Shown here: one piece after another, positions 60,960 through 64,000 of the stretch | Layout of the letters: each line of letters opens with the position of its first letter | Position numbering within the stretch: the first letter of the stretch is position 1 | Assembly: GCA_023267195.1 (NCBI GenBank) | Contig: JAHFNT010000003.1 | Coordinates: 10,841-74,840 of the forward strand | From: Candidatus Nomurabacteria bacterium | GTDB taxonomy: Bacteria; Patescibacteriota; Minisyncoccia; Phycocordibacterales; UBA9973 | Length of the DNA: 64,000 nucleotides | Direction of reading: 5' to 3' | The notes under the pieces: generated by a model | What the model was told of the DNA's origin: nothing | Databases searched by the model: none | What the model saw: the letters and a program-made list of their open reading frames with translations, nothing else | Translations under genes and position numbers: made by a program

Positions 60960-61082
60960 ATGACCAACTTGGTGGCTACGACTACCAAGGTGGTGGTCGT
61001 GGTTATGTTTAGAGTCGTTCTCTTCGCGGTGCTTGGAAGCATCGCGATCTGGAACGCGGCAACGGCTCCCTCGGGCCGTTAA
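60960..61082 (+). CDS. GC-rich 40-aa single-TM peptide (unit D); absent from ORF track
   Basis: TTGACT-N16-TAGTGT, SD AAGGAG (60948-60953); MTNLVATTTKVVVVVMFRVVLFAVLGSIAIWNAATAPSGR. Confidence 0.65.
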   Translation: MTNLVATTTKVVVVVMFRVVLFAVLGSIAIWNAATAPSGR

Positions 61083-61104
61083 CTGCACCGTGCCTGCGCA
61101 TCGT

Positions 61105-61143
61105 AGGGCGGGTCGTCGAGGCAACTCGACGACCCGCCCTTTC
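61105..61143 (+). terminator. Perfect 16-bp GCAA-tetraloop hairpin closing unit D
   Basis: AGGGCGGGTCGTCGAG-GCAA-CTCGACGACCCGCCCT-TTC. Confidence 0.8.
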
Positions 61144-61199
61144 AAATTTAAAAAAGTTTTTGCAAATAAATCTTATTTAGTATACGATAAACGCATCTT

Positions 61200-61949
61200 A
61201 TGATAACAACTTATATATATTCTTTCCTTGGAGTTTTGATAGTAAGTTTGGTTTCTTTTGTTGGGTTATTATCGCTTTCGATTAAAGAAGAATTCTTAAA
61301 AAAATATATTTTTATTTTTATTTCTCTCGCTGTTGGAGCGCTTTTGGGAGATGCTTTCATTCATCTTATACCAGGTGCTTTTGAAAGTTCTACAAATAGT
61401 ATGCTGATAAGTATTTTAATAATTGTTGGGGTTTTGATATTTTTTGTTTTGGAAAAGTTCTTGCATTGGCATCACCATGGAGAAGACACTGCGGAGCCCA
61501 ACATACACCCAATGGGAAAGCTAATTCTCTTTTCTGACGGAGTTCATAATTTCATAGACGGCATCATCATAGGGGCAAGTTTCCTAGTGAGCATACCGGT
61601 TGGAATAGCCACCACCATAGCTGTTGTTCTTCATGAAATACCCCAAGAAATAGGGGATTTTGCGGTATTACTGCATTCTGGATATGCCAAATCGCGCGCG
61701 CTCTGGCTCAACTTTTTGTCGGCACTTTCAGCTTTTCTTGGATTATTGATAGCCTTAGCATTTGGAGGCACAGGAGAAACATTTACTTTCTGGATTCTGC
61801 CAATCGCAGCCGGAGGATTTATTTATATTGCTGTCGCTGATTTGATACCCGAACTTCATAAAACAAAAAAAATACAGCATTCTGTATTTCAAATTTTCGC
61901 AGTCATCGTCGGAATTCTTGCTATGATTGCGCTAGCCTATTTAGAATAA
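61200..61949 (+). CDS. ZIP-family metal transporter
   Basis: DAFIHLIP, HWHHH loop, HNFIDG, HEIPQEIGD. Confidence 0.93.
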   Translation: MITTYIYSFLGVLIVSLVSFVGLLSLSIKEEFLKKYIFIFISLAVGALLGDAFIHLIPGAFESSTNSMLISILIIVGVLIFFVLEKFLHWHHHGEDTAEPNIHPMGKLILFSDGVHNFIDGIIIGASFLVSIPVGIATTIAVVLHEIPQEIGDFAVLLHSGYAKSRALWLNFLSALSAFLGLLIALAFGGTGETFTFWILPIAAGGFIYIAVADLIPELHKTKKIQHSVFQIFAVIVGILAMIALAYLE

Positions 61950-61961
61950 AATTTCTTAAAT

Positions 61962-63101
61962 TTAATTTGCCCAAGACCAATCTGCTCCCGGATTTCTGGC
62001 ATTGAATACTTCAAAATGAACGTGTGGACCAGTTGAGCGTCCAGTGGAGCCGACTAGCCCAACAACTTCACCTCGAGCGACTGAGGCCCCGGTATGCGTG
62101 ATTACCTTAGACATATGAGCATAAAGAGTTTTGGTACCGTTTGGGTGTTCAATAATTACCATATTGCCGTAACCTCCACCACATCTTGGTTTTCCAACGG
62201 TACAACCTGTCTTAACGATAGTTACTATTCCGGGAGCGGACGCATAAAGATTTGTGCCGGTCGGCGCTCCTATATCTATGCCTCGATGACCTGGACCATG
62301 TAATCCCTGAGTTTTGTGCCCTGTAGGCAATGGATTTATAAAATAGCCCAAAATATTTTGGATCGGATTAAGCGCGTAGTAATTTTTATCTTTAGTTTGA
62401 ACTGTTCCAAGATTTGCTGCCGGCTTGTCACCCCCTTCATCAAACATTTCTCCGTCTGGAATAAGAAGCTTATCACCTACAGCAAGTTTCGCATCTTGAG
62501 TAATATCGTTGTAAAGAATAATATCGTTCACATCTGCTTTATAAAGCTTCGCTATGCTTTGCAGGGTTTGTCCTTTAGCTACAGTGTGCTCAACACCAGA
62601 GACAGGCAGAATGAAAAGGACATCGCCCTCCTTGAGCTTATCGCCCTTCTTCATATCATTCGCCCACAGAATAGTATTGACCGAAATGCCAAAGATGTCC
62701 GCTATTTGAGAAACTGAATCGCCCTTTCTGACCACATAAACGCTTATCGTCTGATCTGATGAAGAATTTACATCTGGACCACCCTCAGAAACACCCAATG
62801 GGCCAGTCGCAGGCAAAAGAGAGTTTTCGGAAATAATATTAATATTTTGATTGGCATCTATGCTGTCTTTTTTACTATCTTTAGTATCTTTTTCTTTTAA
62901 AATCGAGGAGGAAGAAACATTCGCTTCCAAAAGCGCAATATTTTGGGAATTATCGCCGGGAAGTGGAGGTTTTATAATATTTACATTCGTTTCTTCTTCA
63001 GCATAGGCCTGATCTCCAGCGCCAAAAAGAGAAGAAAAGAACCCTGCTTGAACAGAGCGTGCTGGCACAAAAAGAACCCCAAATAGAAGGGAATATGACA
63101 A
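61962..63101 (-). CDS. LysM x2 + M23 peptidase (peptidoglycan hydrolase); start uncertain
   Basis: YVVRKGDS, HTVAKGQTL; HRGID, YAHM, STGPHVHFE. Confidence 0.92.
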   Translation of the reverse strand: MSYSLLFGVLFVPARSVQAGFFSSLFGAGDQAYAEEETNVNIIKPPLPGDNSQNIALLEANVSSSSILKEKDTKDSKKDSIDANQNINIISENSLLPATGPLGVSEGGPDVNSSSDQTISVYVVRKGDSVSQIADIFGISVNTILWANDMKKGDKLKEGDVLFILPVSGVEHTVAKGQTLQSIAKLYKADVNDIILYNDITQDAKLAVGDKLLIPDGEMFDEGGDKPAANLGTVQTKDKNYYALNPIQNILGYFINPLPTGHKTQGLHGPGHRGIDIGAPTGTNLYASAPGIVTIVKTGCTVGKPRCGGGYGNMVIIEHPNGTKTLYAHMSKVITHTGASVARGEVVGLVGSTGRSTGPHVHFEVFNARNPGADWSWAN

Positions 63102-63311
63102 GATAGATCTTAATATTTTTATTTTAGATTTTATAAAACAAACTAAATGTCGCGAGATTTCCTTTCCAACCCCAATTTAGACTAATGAAAATAAGGGTAG
63201 AATCACAGGACGACCAATAGGTTCTGCAAACAAAGGTTCTCACGATGGTTACTGTCGTTTCTGGTCTTTCGGTCAGCTCATACCCAACTCCCATTCGGAA
63301 CTACAATTGCA

Positions 63312-63340
63312 ATGATAGCTCAAAAAGGGTCAAAAGTCAA
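63312..63340 (-). promoter_or_regulatory. Promoter of the LysM/M23 gene, giving an about 200-nt leader
   Basis: TTGACT-N17-TATCAT. Confidence 0.6.
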
Positions 63341-63470
63341 TCTGGCAAGGTTTAGCTGTGGATAAGTATTTTTGGTCAAAATTTGACAAAGTTGGGTAAA
63401 AATATGCCTAATTATAAAGGACATGGGATTGAAAATTAGACGAGAATTTTAAAGGGTATATAATACTACC

Positions 63471-64000
63471 ATGAAAGAAGAACTAGGAACCATTAGCATT
63501 CAAAAATTTAGTACTAGCACTGTCGAGCAAATTAATTTAGAATTGGAAAAACTTCTCTTGTCCGCAGACGACAATGATACAGAATATAAAAATAGGGCAA
63601 TTAGTCAGTTGAGAAGCAACCCCCTGGCTTTTTTTGAGGATAAATTAAGAACCGAAAGAAAATCACTGGAACTTCTGAAGGATAAAGACTATGGGACACC
63701 AAAACAAATAGCAAACTCTGAAAAAGGTATTGAAATTACCGAAGAAGTTATTGCTGACATTAAAGAATTAAAGGAAAAGGTATTATCCGCACAAAATTTA
63801 GAAGAATTTTTTAGTGCTATTCGTTTGGTTGAATTTATTCCATCATCAAAAGGAGAAATACCATCTGTTTATATCGTTAATACAATAAAAGAGATAAAAC
63901 AGACAATAGCTGAATCGCCTATTAAATCCAAAAAGGACCTCGCGCGTCTTTTGGGCCGTAGACGCATAACTAATAATTTCGGAATTCGGGATAAAGCAGT
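63471..64000 (+). CDS. Hypothetical protein, truncated by the window end
   Basis: ATG 6 nt after TATAAT; frame MKEELGTISIQKF... appears open to the edge. Confidence 0.65.
   Translation, partial: MKEELGTISIQKFSTSTVEQINLELEKLLLSADDNDTEYKNRAISQLRSNPLAFFEDKLRTERKSLELLKDKDYGTPKQIANSEKGIEITEEVIADIKELKEKVLSAQNLEEFFSAIRLVEFIPSSKGEIPSVYIVNTIKEIKQTIAESPIKSKKDLARLLGRRRITNNFGIRDKA

Noticed and set aside
332-62717. Many short antisense or overlapping ORFs in the six-frame track
   Set aside because: Shadows of well-supported genes, with no motifs or expression signals
63170-63305. c-di-AMP (ydaO) riboswitch or raiA motif
   Set aside because: Characteristic conserved blocks not recognisable; kept as an unknown structured leader
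1-64000. CRISPR array, rRNA, IS transposase, reverse transcriptase, UGA recoding
   Set aside because: No regularly spaced repeats or relevant motifs seen; long genes are intact under code 11 and TGA is used as stop

Overview
AT-rich bacterial chromosome segment, genetic code 11. Gene content and style suggest Patescibacteria/Parcubacteria (inference): pilB-pilC, a giant Cys-rich CARDB surface protein, trigger factor without its PPIase domain, a membrane-anchored Clp ATPase, and tRNA-Arg(UCG). Housekeeping genes include nusA, hppA, tig, clpP, rny, hup, lexA, comM, dksA-like, ahcY, pnp, rpsO, xer, xth, murI, cca and four CCA-less tRNAs. Also present are a pyrC-carA-carB-pyrB operon, a type II R-M pair, and an Rhs toxin with an M15/LAS-like peptidase tip followed by putative immunity genes. 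Most striking pattern: resident genes largely lack Shine-Dalgarno (SD) sites and many look leaderless, yet four scattered GC-rich single-gene units (9.4-10.5, 24.3-25.1, 32.3-32.5, 60.9-61.1 kb) each have an AT-rich promoter, an SD and a GC-rich 3' hairpin; two share a near-identical 3' end. Other signals: a parS-like cluster partly inside coding regions (59.0-60.4 kb), two palindromic repeat families inserted in-frame in carB and cca, and long structured leaders upstream of pnp, rny and a LysM/M23 gene. All calls were made by eye from motifs; no searches were run.
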